Shown here one piece after another: positions 18,036 to 27,887 of a stretch of DNA of 42,087 bases; the stretch's first letter is position 1; every line of letters begins with the position of its first letter. The notes beneath the pieces are model-generated. The model worked only from the letters and a program-made list of their open reading frames with translations. It searched no databases and had not been told where the DNA came from. The DNA lies in NCBI GenBank assembly GCA_051893155.1, contig JBJFGY010000062.1:1-42087 (forward strand), read 5' to 3'. The translations under genes and the position numbers were made by a program. The stretch comes from Bacilli bacterium (GTDB lineage Bacteria > Bacillota_I > Bacilli_A > RF39 > UBA660).

Positions 18036-19115
18036 ATGGAAATCACTAATTTAAAACTTGTAAATTATCGTAATTATAATCAAATTAATATTGATTTTTC
18101 TAATAATATTAATATTATATATGGAAACAATGGAACTGGAAAATCTAATTTAATTGAAGCAATATATTTATTATCATTAACTAAATCATTTAGAACTCTT
18201 GATGATAAAAACTTAATAAAAAAAGGAACTAACACTGCTTTAGTAAAAGGAATAATTGATAATAAAGTTTATTTTATTGAATTTGGCACTTCTTTAAAAA
18301 AAGTGTTTATTGACAATAAACAAATAAATAAAATAGGAGATTACATTTCTAAAGTTAATATTATTCTTTTTAATCCTCTTGACACAAAAATATTGACAGA
18401 TTCTCCAAATTCACGTAGGAAGATGCTAAATATTGAAATTTCGCAAATTAATAAAGATTATATTAACTTGTTAAGTACTTATAATAGAGTATTAAAACAT
18501 AGAAATGCTTATTTAAAACAATTATATTTAAATGGCAATGCATCAATGGATTATCTTAACATTTTAACAACAAAACTTGTTGATTTAGGAATTAATTTAT
18601 TTAATATTAGAAGTAGTTATATTGATCAAATTAATAAAAATTTAACTGATATTTATAAAAAGATATTTGAATATGGTGAATTAAAAATTAATTATATTTC
18701 TAATTTTAACAAAGAAAAAGAAGAAATTTTAAAATTATTTCAAAAAAATTATAAGAAAGAGATTTCGTATGGAAAAACAATTTTTGGTGTGCATCATGAT
18801 GATATTCAGTTTATCTTAGATGGGTATAATATTAAAGAATATGGTAGTGTTGGACAACAGAAAAATTCTATTATATCATTTAAATTAGCCGAATTACCTA
18901 TAATAAAGGAAATTAACGGGACTTACCCTATATTGATTTTAGATGATTTATTTAGTGAATTAGATAATAATAAAATTAATAATATAATTAATATGTTGAA
19001 TAATGAAGTACAAACTTTTATAACGACAACTGATATAGATAAAATAGATAAAAAATTATTAAAAAATAGTTATATTTATTGTACTAATAATGGAAAAATT
19101 GAAAGGATTGATTAA
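18036..19115 (+). CDS. recF: DNA replication and repair protein RecF
   Basis: Walker A ([13 protein letters not shown]), an SMC-like signature, and Walker B ([12 protein letters not shown]). Confidence 0.93.
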   Translation: MEITNLKLVNYRNYNQINIDFSNNINIIYGNNGTGKSNLIEAIYLLSLTKSFRTLDDKNLIKKGTNTALVKGIIDNKVYFIEFGTSLKKVFIDNKQINKIGDYISKVNIILFNPLDTKILTDSPNSRRKMLNIEISQINKDYINLLSTYNRVLKHRNAYLKQLYLNGNASMDYLNILTTKLVDLGINLFNIRSSYIDQINKNLTDIYKKIFEYGELKINYISNFNKEKEEILKLFQKNYKKEISYGKTIFGVHHDDIQFILDGYNIKEYGSVGQQKNSIISFKLAELPIIKEINGTYPILILDDLFSELDNNKINNIINMLNNEVQTFITTTDIDKIDKKLLKNSYIYCTNNGKIERID

Positions 19116-19117
19116 AT

Positions 19118-21037
19118 ATGGCAGAACATTATAATGCTTCAGATATTCAAGTTCTTGAAGGTTTAGAGGCAGTTAGAAAAAGACCTGGAATGTATATAGG
19201 TACTACTGATGTAAAAGGATTACATCATTTAGTATGGGAAATTGTAGATAATTCTATAGATGAAGCCTTAGCTGGTTATAGTAAAAATATTGAGGTTATT
19301 GTAAATAAAGATAACTCTGTAACTGTAAAAGATGATGGTCGTGGAATTCCTGTTGAAGTCCACCCTAAAACAGGGTTATCTACAGTAGAAACAGTATATA
19401 CAGTTTTACATGCAGGTGGTAAATTTGGAGGTGGAGGTTATAAAGTTTCTGGAGGTCTTCACGGTGTTGGTGCATCTGTTGTAAATGCTTTATCATCTTG
19501 GGTAGAAGTTAAAGTTTATAAAAATAGTAAAATTTATTTTGTAAGATTTGAAAATGGTGGACATACTGTTGAAAAATTACATGAGATAGGTAATTGTGAA
19601 GCAAATAGAACTGGAACTTCTGTAACTTTTAAACCAGATCCTGAAATATTTGATACTACTATTTTTGATTATGAAACTTTAAAAGTTAGAATAAGAGAAC
19701 TGGCTTTTTTAAATCGTGGTTTAAGAATAACATTAAGAGATGATAGAGATGAAGAAGATACTACAGGAGATACTTTTTTATATGAAGGTGGAATTTCTGA
19801 ATACGTAAAATTTATAAATAAAAATAAAACTCCAATTCATGAAGATATTATTCATTTAGAGGGTAGTGAAGATGGTGTATTTTTTGAAGTAGCACTACAA
19901 TATAATGATGGTTATAACGATAATATTTATTCTTTTGTTAATAATATTAATACTCATGATGGGGGAACTCATGAAGAGGGTGTAAGAAGAGCTTTAACAA
20001 GAGTTATAAATAATTATGCTAGGAAAGCAAATATTTTAAAAGAGAAAGATGAGTCTTTAACTGGTGATGATGTTAAAGAAGGTTTAACAATGATTATTTC
20101 ATGTAAGCATCCTAATCCACAATTTGAAGGACAAACAAAAGGTAGATTGGGTAATTCTGAAGTAAGAAAACTTGCTGATAATGTATTTGCATCTGGCTTT
20201 GAAAAATTTTTATTAGAAAATCCAAGTGATGCTAAAGTTATTGTTGAAAAGGCTATGCTTGCTTGCAGAGCTAGAAATGCCGCTAAAAAGGCAAGAGAAA
20301 TTACAAGAAAAACAGATTTAGCTGTTTCAAATTTCTTTGGAAAATTATGTGATTGTAAAAGTAAAGACCCAAAAGAGAGTGAAATATTTATAGTCGAGGG
20401 AGATAGTGCCGGTGGATCTGCAAAAAAGGGGAGAGATTCAATGACACAAGCAATTCTTCCATTAAGAGGAAAAATATTAAATGTAGAAAAAAATAGACTA
20501 GATAGAGCATTAAATAATGCCGAAATCAGGTCAATTATAACCGCATTTGGTACAGGTATAGGTGATGAATTTAATTTAGATAAATTAAGATATGACAAAA
20601 TTATTATTATGACAGATGCCGATGTTGACGGAGCTCATATTAGAATATTATTATTAACTTTATTTTATCGATTTTTTAGACCTATAGTTGAATCAGGTCA
20701 TGTTTATGCAGCTCAACCCCCTTTATTTAGAATAAGATATGGTAAAACTAGAAAATATGTATTAGATGAAAAAGAAAAAGATGCATATTTAAATACTTTG
20801 CCTGAAAATATTAGAAATAGAGTTGAAATAACAAGAATGAAAGGATTAGGTGAAATGGATCCTGAAGAATTAAATGAAACAACAATGGATATTGAAAAAA
20901 GAACTTTAAGAAAGATTGTAGTTGACGATTGTATGGCTGCTGATGAAATATTTAGTAAACTTATGGGCGATGAAGTTGAACCACGTAGACAATTTATTGA
21001 AGAAAATGCAATAAATGTTCAAAATTTAGATATTTAA
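19118..21037 (+). CDS. gyrB: DNA gyrase subunit B
   Basis: GHKL ATPase motifs ([38 protein letters not shown]), Toprim [10 protein letters not shown] and [10 protein letters not shown]. Confidence 0.98.
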   Translation: MAEHYNASDIQVLEGLEAVRKRPGMYIGTTDVKGLHHLVWEIVDNSIDEALAGYSKNIEVIVNKDNSVTVKDDGRGIPVEVHPKTGLSTVETVYTVLHAGGKFGGGGYKVSGGLHGVGASVVNALSSWVEVKVYKNSKIYFVRFENGGHTVEKLHEIGNCEANRTGTSVTFKPDPEIFDTTIFDYETLKVRIRELAFLNRGLRITLRDDRDEEDTTGDTFLYEGGISEYVKFINKNKTPIHEDIIHLEGSEDGVFFEVALQYNDGYNDNIYSFVNNINTHDGGTHEEGVRRALTRVINNYARKANILKEKDESLTGDDVKEGLTMIISCKHPNPQFEGQTKGRLGNSEVRKLADNVFASGFEKFLLENPSDAKVIVEKAMLACRARNAAKKAREITRKTDLAVSNFFGKLCDCKSKDPKESEIFIVEGDSAGGSAKKGRDSMTQAILPLRGKILNVEKNRLDRALNNAEIRSIITAFGTGIGDEFNLDKLRYDKIIIMTDADVDGAHIRILLLTLFYRFFRPIVESGHVYAAQPPLFRIRYGKTRKYVLDEKEKDAYLNTLPENIRNRVEITRMKGLGEMDPEELNETTMDIEKRTLRKIVVDDCMAADEIFSKLMGDEVEPRRQFIEENAINVQNLDI

Positions 21038-21047
21038 GGAGGTACTT

Positions 21048-23579
21048 ATGGATAATAAAGAAGATATATTACATACTACAGAAGATAATAATGATGAAAT
21101 CGAAAATAATTTAATTTCTGAAGATAATTATAATGGTACTTTTCATGAAAAAGATAAACTAACTGAAAATAATATTGTTAGTGAAGTAAAAACTTCATTT
21201 ATAGATTATTCGATGAGTGTTATAACTTCACGTGCTATTCCTGATTTAAGAGATGGGTTAAAGCCCGTTCATCGTCGCATTTTATGGTCAATGTATGAGG
21301 AAGGAAATACTCCTGATAAGCCTCATAAAAAATCCGCAACCACAGTTGGTTATGTAATGGGACACTATCATCCACATGGTGATTCTTCTATATATGATGC
21401 AATGGTTCGTTTGGCACAAGATTTTAATGAACGTTATATGTTAGTGGATGGTCATGGTAATTTTGGTAATATAGAAGGTGATGGAGCAGCTGCATATCGT
21501 TATACTGAAGCAAGACTTTCAAAAATATCTCTTGAATTATTAAGAGACATTAATAAAAATACTGTTGATATGACTGATAATTATACTGCTACAGAAAAGG
21601 AACCAACAGTTTTACCTAGTAGATTTCCTAATATTTTAGTAAATGGTTCAATGGGAATCGCTGTTGGTATGGCAACAAATATACCGCCTCATAATTTAGG
21701 AGAAGTAATAGATGGATGTGTAGCTTATATTGATAATTCTGATATTGATACACTTGGATTAATGAAATTTATTAAAGGTCCAGATTTTCCAACTGGTGGA
21801 ATTATTTTAGGTAATTCTGGGATAAAAAAAGCATATGAAACTGGTAGAGGAACAATTACTATTCGTAGTAGAGCTGTTATTGAAGAAAATAATGGGCATA
21901 ATGTAATTGTTATTAGTGAAGTTCCTTATGGTGTAAATACTGCTGAGTTAAAAGACAAAGTTGCAGAACTTGTTCATAATAAAATATTGGATGGAATATC
22001 TGATTATCATACAGATTTAAAAAATGGGATTAAAATTACTATTACATTAAAAAAAGATGCAAATCCCCAAGTTGTTTTAAATAATTTATATAAACATACT
22101 GCATTTCAAGTATCATATGGAATTATATTTTTAATGTTAGATGGTTTAACACCAAAAACATTAGGTATAAAAGATATTATTTCTAAATATATTGATTTTC
22201 AAAGGGAAATTATTATTAGAAGAACAAAATTTGATTTAGAAAAAGCACAATCAAGAGTTCATATTTTAAATGGTTTAAAAATTGCATTAGATAATATTGA
22301 TGAAGTTATTAAAATAATTAAATCTTCAAAAACTGACGAAATAGCTAAAAAAGAATTAAATTTAAAATTTGGTTTAGATGATATTCAATCAGATGCAATT
22401 CTTGAAATGAAACTTAAAAGACTTACTGGTCTTGAAAGAGATAAGATTGAGCAAGAATTGGCAGAATTACTAAAACTTATTGATGAATTAAATTCAATTT
22501 TAGCAAGTAGTGCTAAAGTTGATGAAATAATAAAACAAGAATTAATTGAAATTAAAAATAAATATAGTGATGAAAGAAGGACTTCAATTGATATGTCTGC
22601 TATAGATTACATTGATGATGAATCTTTAATTCCGGAAGAACAAACTATGATTGTTTTAACTAAAAAAGGATACATAAAAAGAACTAAACCAGACATTTTT
22701 AAAACTCAAAATCGTGGTGGAATGGGAGTAAAGGGAATAACAACTAATGAAGAAGATTTTGTTGATCAAGCAGTTAGTATTTCTACCCATGACCATATAT
22801 TATTTTTCAGTAATAAAGGTAAAGTTTATAGAATGAAAGGTTATGAAATACCAGAGTTTGCTCGAACATCTAAAGGTTTGCCTATTATTAATTTATTACC
22901 ATTAGAAAAAGATGAATTTATTACTTCAATTATTTCGATAGACAAAAACACAAAAAAAGAATATTTGTTTTTTGCTACAAAAATGGGTATAGTTAAAAAA
23001 ACTGGTATTAATGAATTCGAAAATATTAGAACTTCAGGTAAAATATGTATTAGTTTAAAAGATAATGATGAATTAATTGGCGTTAAACTTACTTCAGAAA
23101 ATGACTTGATTCTTTTAGGATCAAGTACTGGAAAATTAGTTAAATTTAATGAAAATGAAATAAGATCTATGGGTAGAACTGCTTCTGGAGTAAAAGGAAT
23201 TAATTTAGATGGTGGAAGTTGTATTTGTCTTGAAGTAGTTAATGAGGATAATATAATTTTAGTAGTAACTGAATTAGGTTATGGAAAACAAACTTTAGTT
23301 TCTGAATATAGGCAAACAAAAAGAGGTAGTAAAGGTGTAAAAGCATTAAATGTAACAGAAAAAAATGGTATGCTTGTTTCGGTTAAACTTTCTGACGAAA
23401 ATAAAGATTTGATTTTAATGACAAATATTGGTACAACAATTAAAATACCTATTAATCAAATTTCTAAATTAGGAAGAAATACGCAAGGAACTAGATTAAT
23501 TCATTTAAAAGACAATCAAAAAGTAACTACAATAAGTATTGTAGATAAAAATGAAAATATTGTTTTAGAGGATAATTGA
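21048..23579 (+). CDS. gyrA: DNA gyrase subunit A
   Basis: DGLKPVHRRIL, QRDR-like HPHGDSSIYDAM, active-site AAYRYTEARL, and a C-terminal beta-pinwheel with a GyrA-box-like QNRGGMG. It carries an acidic N-terminal extension of about 35 aa. Confidence 0.98.
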   Translation: MDNKEDILHTTEDNNDEIENNLISEDNYNGTFHEKDKLTENNIVSEVKTSFIDYSMSVITSRAIPDLRDGLKPVHRRILWSMYEEGNTPDKPHKKSATTVGYVMGHYHPHGDSSIYDAMVRLAQDFNERYMLVDGHGNFGNIEGDGAAAYRYTEARLSKISLELLRDINKNTVDMTDNYTATEKEPTVLPSRFPNILVNGSMGIAVGMATNIPPHNLGEVIDGCVAYIDNSDIDTLGLMKFIKGPDFPTGGIILGNSGIKKAYETGRGTITIRSRAVIEENNGHNVIVISEVPYGVNTAELKDKVAELVHNKILDGISDYHTDLKNGIKITITLKKDANPQVVLNNLYKHTAFQVSYGIIFLMLDGLTPKTLGIKDIISKYIDFQREIIIRRTKFDLEKAQSRVHILNGLKIALDNIDEVIKIIKSSKTDEIAKKELNLKFGLDDIQSDAILEMKLKRLTGLERDKIEQELAELLKLIDELNSILASSAKVDEIIKQELIEIKNKYSDERRTSIDMSAIDYIDDESLIPEEQTMIVLTKKGYIKRTKPDIFKTQNRGGMGVKGITTNEEDFVDQAVSISTHDHILFFSNKGKVYRMKGYEIPEFARTSKGLPIINLLPLEKDEFITSIISIDKNTKKEYLFFATKMGIVKKTGINEFENIRTSGKICISLKDNDELIGVKLTSENDLILLGSSTGKLVKFNENEIRSMGRTASGVKGINLDGGSCICLEVVNEDNIILVVTELGYGKQTLVSEYRQTKRGSKGVKALNVTEKNGMLVSVKLSDENKDLILMTNIGTTIKIPINQISKLGRNTQGTRLIHLKDNQKVTTISIVDKNENIVLEDN

Positions 23580-23585
23580 TGGCAA

Positions 23586-23601
23586 TGTTTCACGTGAAAC
23601 A
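23586..23601. other. parS: parS centromere-like site 1 (TGTTTCACGTGAAACA)
   Basis: Perfect match to the Firmicute parS consensus TGTTNCACGTGAAACA. It lies inside a 24-nt perfect palindrome (23582-23605) that starts 3 nt after the gyrA stop. Confidence 0.85.
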
Positions 23602-23663
23602 TTGCTATTTTCTTCAGTATTTATCTAGGTTTGCGCAGTTTTTATACATTTTTATTTATACAA

Positions 23664-23679
23664 TGTTTCACGTGAAACA
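23664..23679. other. parS: parS centromere-like site 2 (TGTTTCACGTGAAACA)
   Basis: Perfect parS 16-mer inside a 34-nt perfect palindrome (23655-23688). Confidence 0.85.
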
Positions 23680-23719
23680 TTGTATAAAGTATATAGATAT
23701 TATAAAAATTTAAAACTAA

Positions 23720-23735
23720 TGTTTCACGTGAAACA
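23720..23735. other. parS: parS centromere-like site 3 (TGTTTCACGTGAAACA)
   Basis: Perfect parS 16-mer inside a 26-nt perfect palindrome (23715-23740). Confidence 0.85.
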
Positions 23736-23756
23736 TTAGTGAATTTTCCTTGTATT

Positions 23757-23781
23757 TATGCTAAAAATTAAGCATTTTTTG
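23757..23781 (+). terminator. Weak hairpin plus T-run downstream of the parS cluster
   Basis: ATGCT(AA)-aaa-(TT)aAGCAT followed by TTTTTT. The stem is short and imperfect. Confidence 0.3.
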
Positions 23782-23798
23782 GAAAAATATATAATATA

Positions 23799-23827
23799 TT
23801 GCAAAAAGAAAAATATTTTGATATTAT
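23799..23827 (+). promoter_or_regulatory. Sigma-A promoter of the SRP RNA gene
   Basis: TTGCAA (23799-804), a 17 nt spacer, then TGaTATTAT extended -10 (23819-27). It is placed 6-8 nt upstream of the first paired base of the SRP RNA. Confidence 0.6.
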
Positions 23828-23833
23828 TTATTT

Positions 23834-23910
23834 GTGCAACAAATATATTGTAAACTGGTCAGGTTTGGAAAAAAGCAGCCACATCAATCCCTATTTGTGT
23901 GCACTTTTTT
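23834..23910 (+). ncRNA. ffs: Small (4.5S-type) signal recognition particle RNA
   Basis: Domain IV core CUGGUCAGGUUUGGAAAAAAGCAGCCA matches the conserved GGUCAGGUCCGGAAGGAAGCAGCC. The GGAA tetraloop and the CAGG/AGCA symmetric loop are intact. A closing helix of about 12 bp pairs GUGCAACAAAUA with UAUUUGUGUGCAC and runs directly into a U6 terminator. Confidence 0.75.
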
Positions 23911-23934
23911 AATTATAAAGGAAAGTATAAGTGT

Positions 23935-24354
23935 ATGGAAGAAAAAATAGTGAAAACTCTTATTAAAGAAAGTTTGAAATCATATAAAAATGATGAGGTT
24001 CCAGTTGGATGCGTAATAGTAAAAAATAATAAAATTATAGCTCAAAGTCATAATACAAAAGAAAAAAATAAATGTGCAATATATCATGCTGAAATAAATG
24101 CAATATTAAAAGCTTGTAAGAAAAATAAAGATTGGAGATTAGATAATTGTATATTATATGTTACATTAGAGCCTTGTAATATGTGTAAAGAAATTATTCG
24201 CCAGTCAAGAATACATCAAGTTTATTATTTATTAAAATCAAATTTTAATAATGAAAGTTATAATAATATAAATATTAATGAACTTTCTGGATATAGTTTT
24301 GAAAAGGAATATTATTTATTAAAAATAAAAAAGTTTTTTGCTGATAAAAGATAG
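23935..24354 (+). CDS. tadA: tRNA-specific adenosine deaminase TadA
   Basis: CDA-fold zinc motifs HAE (YHAEINAI) and PCxxC (EPCNMCKE). The start is set at ATG 23935 after AAAGGAAAG. The ORF track GTG start at 23899 lies inside the SRP RNA helix. Confidence 0.85.
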   Translation: MEEKIVKTLIKESLKSYKNDEVPVGCVIVKNNKIIAQSHNTKEKNKCAIYHAEINAILKACKKNKDWRLDNCILYVTLEPCNMCKEIIRQSRIHQVYYLLKSNFNNESYNNININELSGYSFEKEYYLLKIKKFFADKR

Positions 24355-24399
24355 AATAATTAATTAATTCTTGGTATAATTTATATCAGGAGGTAAAAA

Positions 24400-25944
24400 A
24401 TGAATTATAAAGTTTTATATAGAAAATATAGACCAAATAATTTTGATGAACTTGTTGGACAAGAAACTGTTAAAACTTTATTAAAAGATAGCATTATTAA
24501 TAATAAAATTTCTCATGCTTATATTTTTTCTGGACCTCGTGGAACTGGAAAAACAAGTACTGCGAAGATATTTGCTAAAGCGATTAATTGCCAAAATCTT
24601 GATAATGGAAATCCTTGTGGTTCATGCAGTTCATGCAGTAATTTTAAAAATAGTAGTGATATTTATGAAATTGACGCTGCTTCAAATACAGGAGTCGACC
24701 AAATTAGAGAAATTATTGATAATGTAAAATTAACTCCAATAAATTCTAAATATAAAATATATATAATAGATGAAGTTCATATGTTAAGTACAAGTGCTTT
24801 TAATGCATTACTATTAACTTTAGAAGAACCTCCAAGTCATGTAATTTTTATTCTTGCAACAACAAATATTGAGGCTGTACCAATAACTGTGTTATCTAGA
24901 TGTCAAAGACTTGATTTTAAAAAAATTAGTGATGAAGATATTATTAATCATTTAAAAATGATTTCAAATAAAGAAAATATTGATATAGATGAAGATGCAA
25001 CTAAAGAAATTGCTGTATATTCAGAAGGTGGATTAAGAGATGCTTTAAGTATATTGGATCAAATATCAAAATTAAATAAACATATTTCATATAAAGATGT
25101 TTTAAATGATTTAGGTTCCATTTCTGTAGATAATATTGATCAGCTTTTAGATGACATTAATAATAATAATGTACCTGAAATAATTAATTTTATTAATAAT
25201 GTTGAATCTTTATCAATAGATTATAAAACATTAGTTAAAAAAATTATAAATTCAATAAAAAAAAGAGCTTTAAATATTAAAATTAATCAGAAAAATGAAA
25301 GATTAACATATGATGATTATAAAAAAATGTGTTTTGAATTATCTGATACATTATACAAAATAAATGTAAATGTAAATTTATATTCATTATTAGAATTAAT
25401 ATTACTTGATTATGTAAATACAAATTTTACTTCAAATGATGATAATATTAAATTAAAAACAACTAAAGAAATAGATGAAATAAAACAAATAAATAATTTA
25501 AACAATAATTACTATGAAGAACTTGAAAAAATTAGAATTAATAATTGTTTTGTTGATGCTTCAAAAAAATATAAAATAGAAAATACTAGTAATTGGGAAA
25601 AATTTTTAGATTTAGTTGAGGATAAAAAAATTAAAGGTTTAGTCGAAGATACTACTGTAGTACTTTCATCAAATTCAATAATAGTTTTAACATCTAAAAT
25701 TGAAAATATGGTTAATGAAATTAATAAAAATATTAATATAATTGAAAAAAAATTTAATACTATGTATAATACTAATTATAAATTAATTGCTACAAGTAAT
25801 AAAAATTGGGAAATAAAAATGAATGAATATAAGATTAATTTATCAAAAAAAATAAGTTATAATTATATCAAAGAACCTGAAATAAGTAGTAATTATGATG
25901 AAGTTAGTGATATTTTTGATATTACTAAAATTGAAGAAAAATAG
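24400..25944 (+). CDS. dnaX: DNA polymerase III subunit tau/gamma
   Basis: RYRPxxFDELVGQ, Walker A GPRGTGKTS, zinc module CQNLDNGNPCGSCSSC, DEVHMLS and SRCQRLDF. Confidence 0.93.
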   Translation: MNYKVLYRKYRPNNFDELVGQETVKTLLKDSIINNKISHAYIFSGPRGTGKTSTAKIFAKAINCQNLDNGNPCGSCSSCSNFKNSSDIYEIDAASNTGVDQIREIIDNVKLTPINSKYKIYIIDEVHMLSTSAFNALLLTLEEPPSHVIFILATTNIEAVPITVLSRCQRLDFKKISDEDIINHLKMISNKENIDIDEDATKEIAVYSEGGLRDALSILDQISKLNKHISYKDVLNDLGSISVDNIDQLLDDINNNNVPEIINFINNVESLSIDYKTLVKKIINSIKKRALNIKINQKNERLTYDDYKKMCFELSDTLYKINVNVNLYSLLELILLDYVNTNFTSNDDNIKLKTTKEIDEIKQINNLNNNYYEELEKIRINNCFVDASKKYKIENTSNWEKFLDLVEDKKIKGLVEDTTVVLSSNSIIVLTSKIENMVNEINKNINIIEKKFNTMYNTNYKLIATSNKNWEIKMNEYKINLSKKISYNYIKEPEISSNYDEVSDIFDITKIEEK

Positions 25945-25957
25945 AGGAGGAAAATAT

Positions 25958-26254
25958 ATGAATATGCAACAAATAATGGCTCAAGCACAAAAAATGCAAA
26001 AAGATATTATGGCCAAGAAAAACGAAATTGATTCAATGGATTTTATCGGTAAATCAAATTGGGTTGAAATTACATTTAAAGGAAGTAAAGAGGTTTCTAA
26101 AGTTAATATTATAAATGATGAAGCATTAAAAAATGAAAATAAGGAAATTTTATGTGATATGATTTTTTTAGCTATTAAAGATGCAATGGAACAAGTAGAT
26201 AATAAAACTGAAGAAAAATTAGGCTCTTATTCTAAAATGAATGGACTTTTCTAA
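25958..26254 (+). CDS. ybaB: Nucleoid-associated protein YbaB/EbfC family
   Basis: 98 aa beginning MNMQQIMAQAQKMQKDI. Has the conserved position between dnaX and recR. The start is set at ATG 25958 after GAGGAGG. Confidence 0.85.
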   Translation: MNMQQIMAQAQKMQKDIMAKKNEIDSMDFIGKSNWVEITFKGSKEVSKVNIINDEALKNENKEILCDMIFLAIKDAMEQVDNKTEEKLGSYSKMNGLF

Positions 26255-26255
26255 A

Positions 26256-26855
26256 ATGATATATCCAAAAGTTTTAGAAGAATTAATAAACGATTTTAAA
26301 AAATATCCTACTATTGGGGAAAAATCTGCTGAAAGACTTGCTTTGGCTACTTTGGATTTAACTGATGAAGAAATTTATAATTTTTCTCAAAATCTTCTAA
26401 ATGTGAAAAAATGTTTGTGTCCATGTAAAATATGTAATAGTTTAACAGATAAAGAAATATGTGATATTTGTAGTAGCGAACATAGGAATCAAAATCTTAT
26501 TTGTGTAGTAGAAGACTATAAAAGCCTTTTATCATTTGAAAAAGCGGGTAATTTTAAAGGTGTTTATCATGTTTTAAATGGTTTAATTTCACCAATTGAT
26601 GATATTTCTCCAGAAGACATTAATATTTCTTCATTAGTAAAAAGAGTTGATAAATTAGATAATCCTGAGTTAATACTAGCTTTAAGATCATCTATTGAAG
26701 GACAAACTACAACATTATATATAAAAAAGATATTTGAAAATAAAAATGTAGCAATTTCTCGGTTATCATATGGTATTCCTATGGGAGCTGAAATAGATTA
26801 TCTTGATGTATTAACATTAGATAAAGCACTAGATGATCGAAAAATAATATCATAG
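26256..26855 (+). CDS. recR: Recombination protein RecR
   Basis: HhH (YPTIGEKSAERLA), C4 zinc finger (CPCKICNSLTDKEICDIC) and a Toprim domain. The MIYPK start at 26256 is preferred over 26241. Confidence 0.93.
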   Translation: MIYPKVLEELINDFKKYPTIGEKSAERLALATLDLTDEEIYNFSQNLLNVKKCLCPCKICNSLTDKEICDICSSEHRNQNLICVVEDYKSLLSFEKAGNFKGVYHVLNGLISPIDDISPEDINISSLVKRVDKLDNPELILALRSSIEGQTTTLYIKKIFENKNVAISRLSYGIPMGAEIDYLDVLTLDKALDDRKIIS

Positions 26856-26891
26856 ATAAAATTTAATATCATATATATTAATGAGGACAAT

Positions 26892-27083
26892 ATGATAAAA
26901 AAAATATTTAATATAATAAAAAAAGTAGTCTTTGCATTTTTAATACTATATGGACTTAATTTAACATTAAGTTCTACGTCATTAAATATTATAATCCCAA
27001 TTAATATCATAACAATTTTATTAGTTACTTTACTTGGATTTCCAGGTTTATGTGCCATAATAATTTTATTTTTAATAATCTAA
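26892..27083 (+). CDS. bofA: Pro-sigma-K processing inhibitor BofA-like membrane protein
   Basis: 63 aa with two TM segments. The C-terminal half, IIIPINIITILLVTLLGFPGLCAIIILFLI, resembles B. subtilis BofA HIPINPVTVLISGVLGVPGIALLVVIKLF. Same position after recR as in Bacillus. Confidence 0.6.
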   Translation: MIKKIFNIIKKVVFAFLILYGLNLTLSSTSLNIIIPINIITILLVTLLGFPGLCAIIILFLII

Positions 27084-27092
27084 GGAGAAAAT

Positions 27093-27887
27093 ATGCAGTT
27101 AAATAGTACATTTGAGAATTTGTTAAAATTATATAATGAGAATAAGTTTTCTCATTGTTATTTGTTTGAAACAAATAATATAGAAAGATGTTTTAATAAT
27201 TTAAAAGAATTTGTAAAAATTATAAATAGTGATGTACATAATATAATTGAACTTGTTGATAATAATTATTTTCCAAGTTTAAAAATTATTGAACCAATAA
27301 ATGGTATAATTAAAAAAGATGAAATTGACTTTTTAAAACAATCTTTTACTTTTTCATCAGTATATTCATCTAATAAAATATATATTATTAAAAATCCTGA
27401 ATTAATGAATTCATCTGCATACAATAAAATGCTTAAATTTTTGGAGGAACCTGAAGATAATATAATAGGTTTTTTTATTACTAATTCAAAGGAAAATATT
27501 GCTCCAACTATATTAAGTAGATGTGAAATAATTAGAGATATATATAGTAATGATTTAGGTAATAGATTAATTAATAATTTAGAGTATGAAAATTATGTAA
27601 ATAATGCAAAAAAATATATGGAAATATTAGAACTAGATTATAATAAAATTTTTTTATATAATTATAATGTAATTTTAAAAGAATTTAATGATAAAAACCA
27701 AATTATTTGTTTTTTAAAGGTATTATATGAATTATATGAAAATGAATTTAAATTAGATAAAAACTTTAAAAATATTGAAGAAAAATTAAAAATATTATTA
27801 AAATATTTATATGAAATTCAATATAATTTAAATTTAAATTTAATGCTTGATTCAATGGCTATAGAAATAGGTGAAATTAATGAATAG
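27093..27887 (+). CDS. holB: DNA polymerase III delta-prime subunit
   Basis: Degenerate AAA+ clamp-loader fold with KMLKFLEEPEDN and SRCEII motifs. Syntenic with ricT. Confidence 0.78.
   Translation: MQLNSTFENLLKLYNENKFSHCYLFETNNIERCFNNLKEFVKIINSDVHNIIELVDNNYFPSLKIIEPINGIIKKDEIDFLKQSFTFSSVYSSNKIYIIKNPELMNSSAYNKMLKFLEEPEDNIIGFFITNSKENIAPTILSRCEIIRDIYSNDLGNRLINNLEYENYVNNAKKYMEILELDYNKIFLYNYNVILKEFNDKNQIICFLKVLYELYENEFKLDKNFKNIEEKLKILLKYLYEIQYNLNLNLMLDSMAIEIGEINE

Noticed and set aside
20014-20598. A 194-aa ORF antisense to gyrB. It is surprisingly long for such an AT-rich genome.
   Set aside because: It lies entirely inside the strongly conserved gyrB frame. Its translation is low-complexity Leu/Ser/Ala/Phe-rich, as expected for the mirror frame of a Lys/Glu/Gly-rich gene. 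It has no RBS and no recognisable motif.
23582-23740. Three similar repeats of about 20-34 nt, separated by spacers of about 50 and 26 nt, looked at first like a mini CRISPR array or transposon terminal inverted repeats.
   Set aside because: The repeats are perfect self-palindromes identical to the parS consensus. There are only three of them and the spacers are unequal. There is no cas or transposase gene nearby.
23580-23934. An rRNA operon or tRNA genes downstream of gyrA, where B. subtilis has rrnO.
   Set aside because: The gap is only about 350 nt, and it is fully accounted for by the parS palindromes, a promoter and the 77-nt SRP RNA. There are no cloverleaf-like or rRNA-like G/C-rich segments.
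24400-25944. Possible programmed -1 frameshift site in dnaX, at A-runs such as the A8 tract near 25255, as in E. coli tau/gamma.
   Set aside because: Poly-A runs are ubiquitous in this genome. I found no A-AAA-AAG heptamer with a downstream stem-loop by eye. Firmicute dnaX genes are not generally known to frameshift.
26798-27058. An 86-aa minus-strand ORF opposite the bofA-like gene.
   Set aside because: The plus-strand ORF matches the BofA C-terminal half and fits the recR-bofA synteny and the uniform plus-strand orientation of this replichore. The minus-strand ORF also overlaps the recR 3' end.
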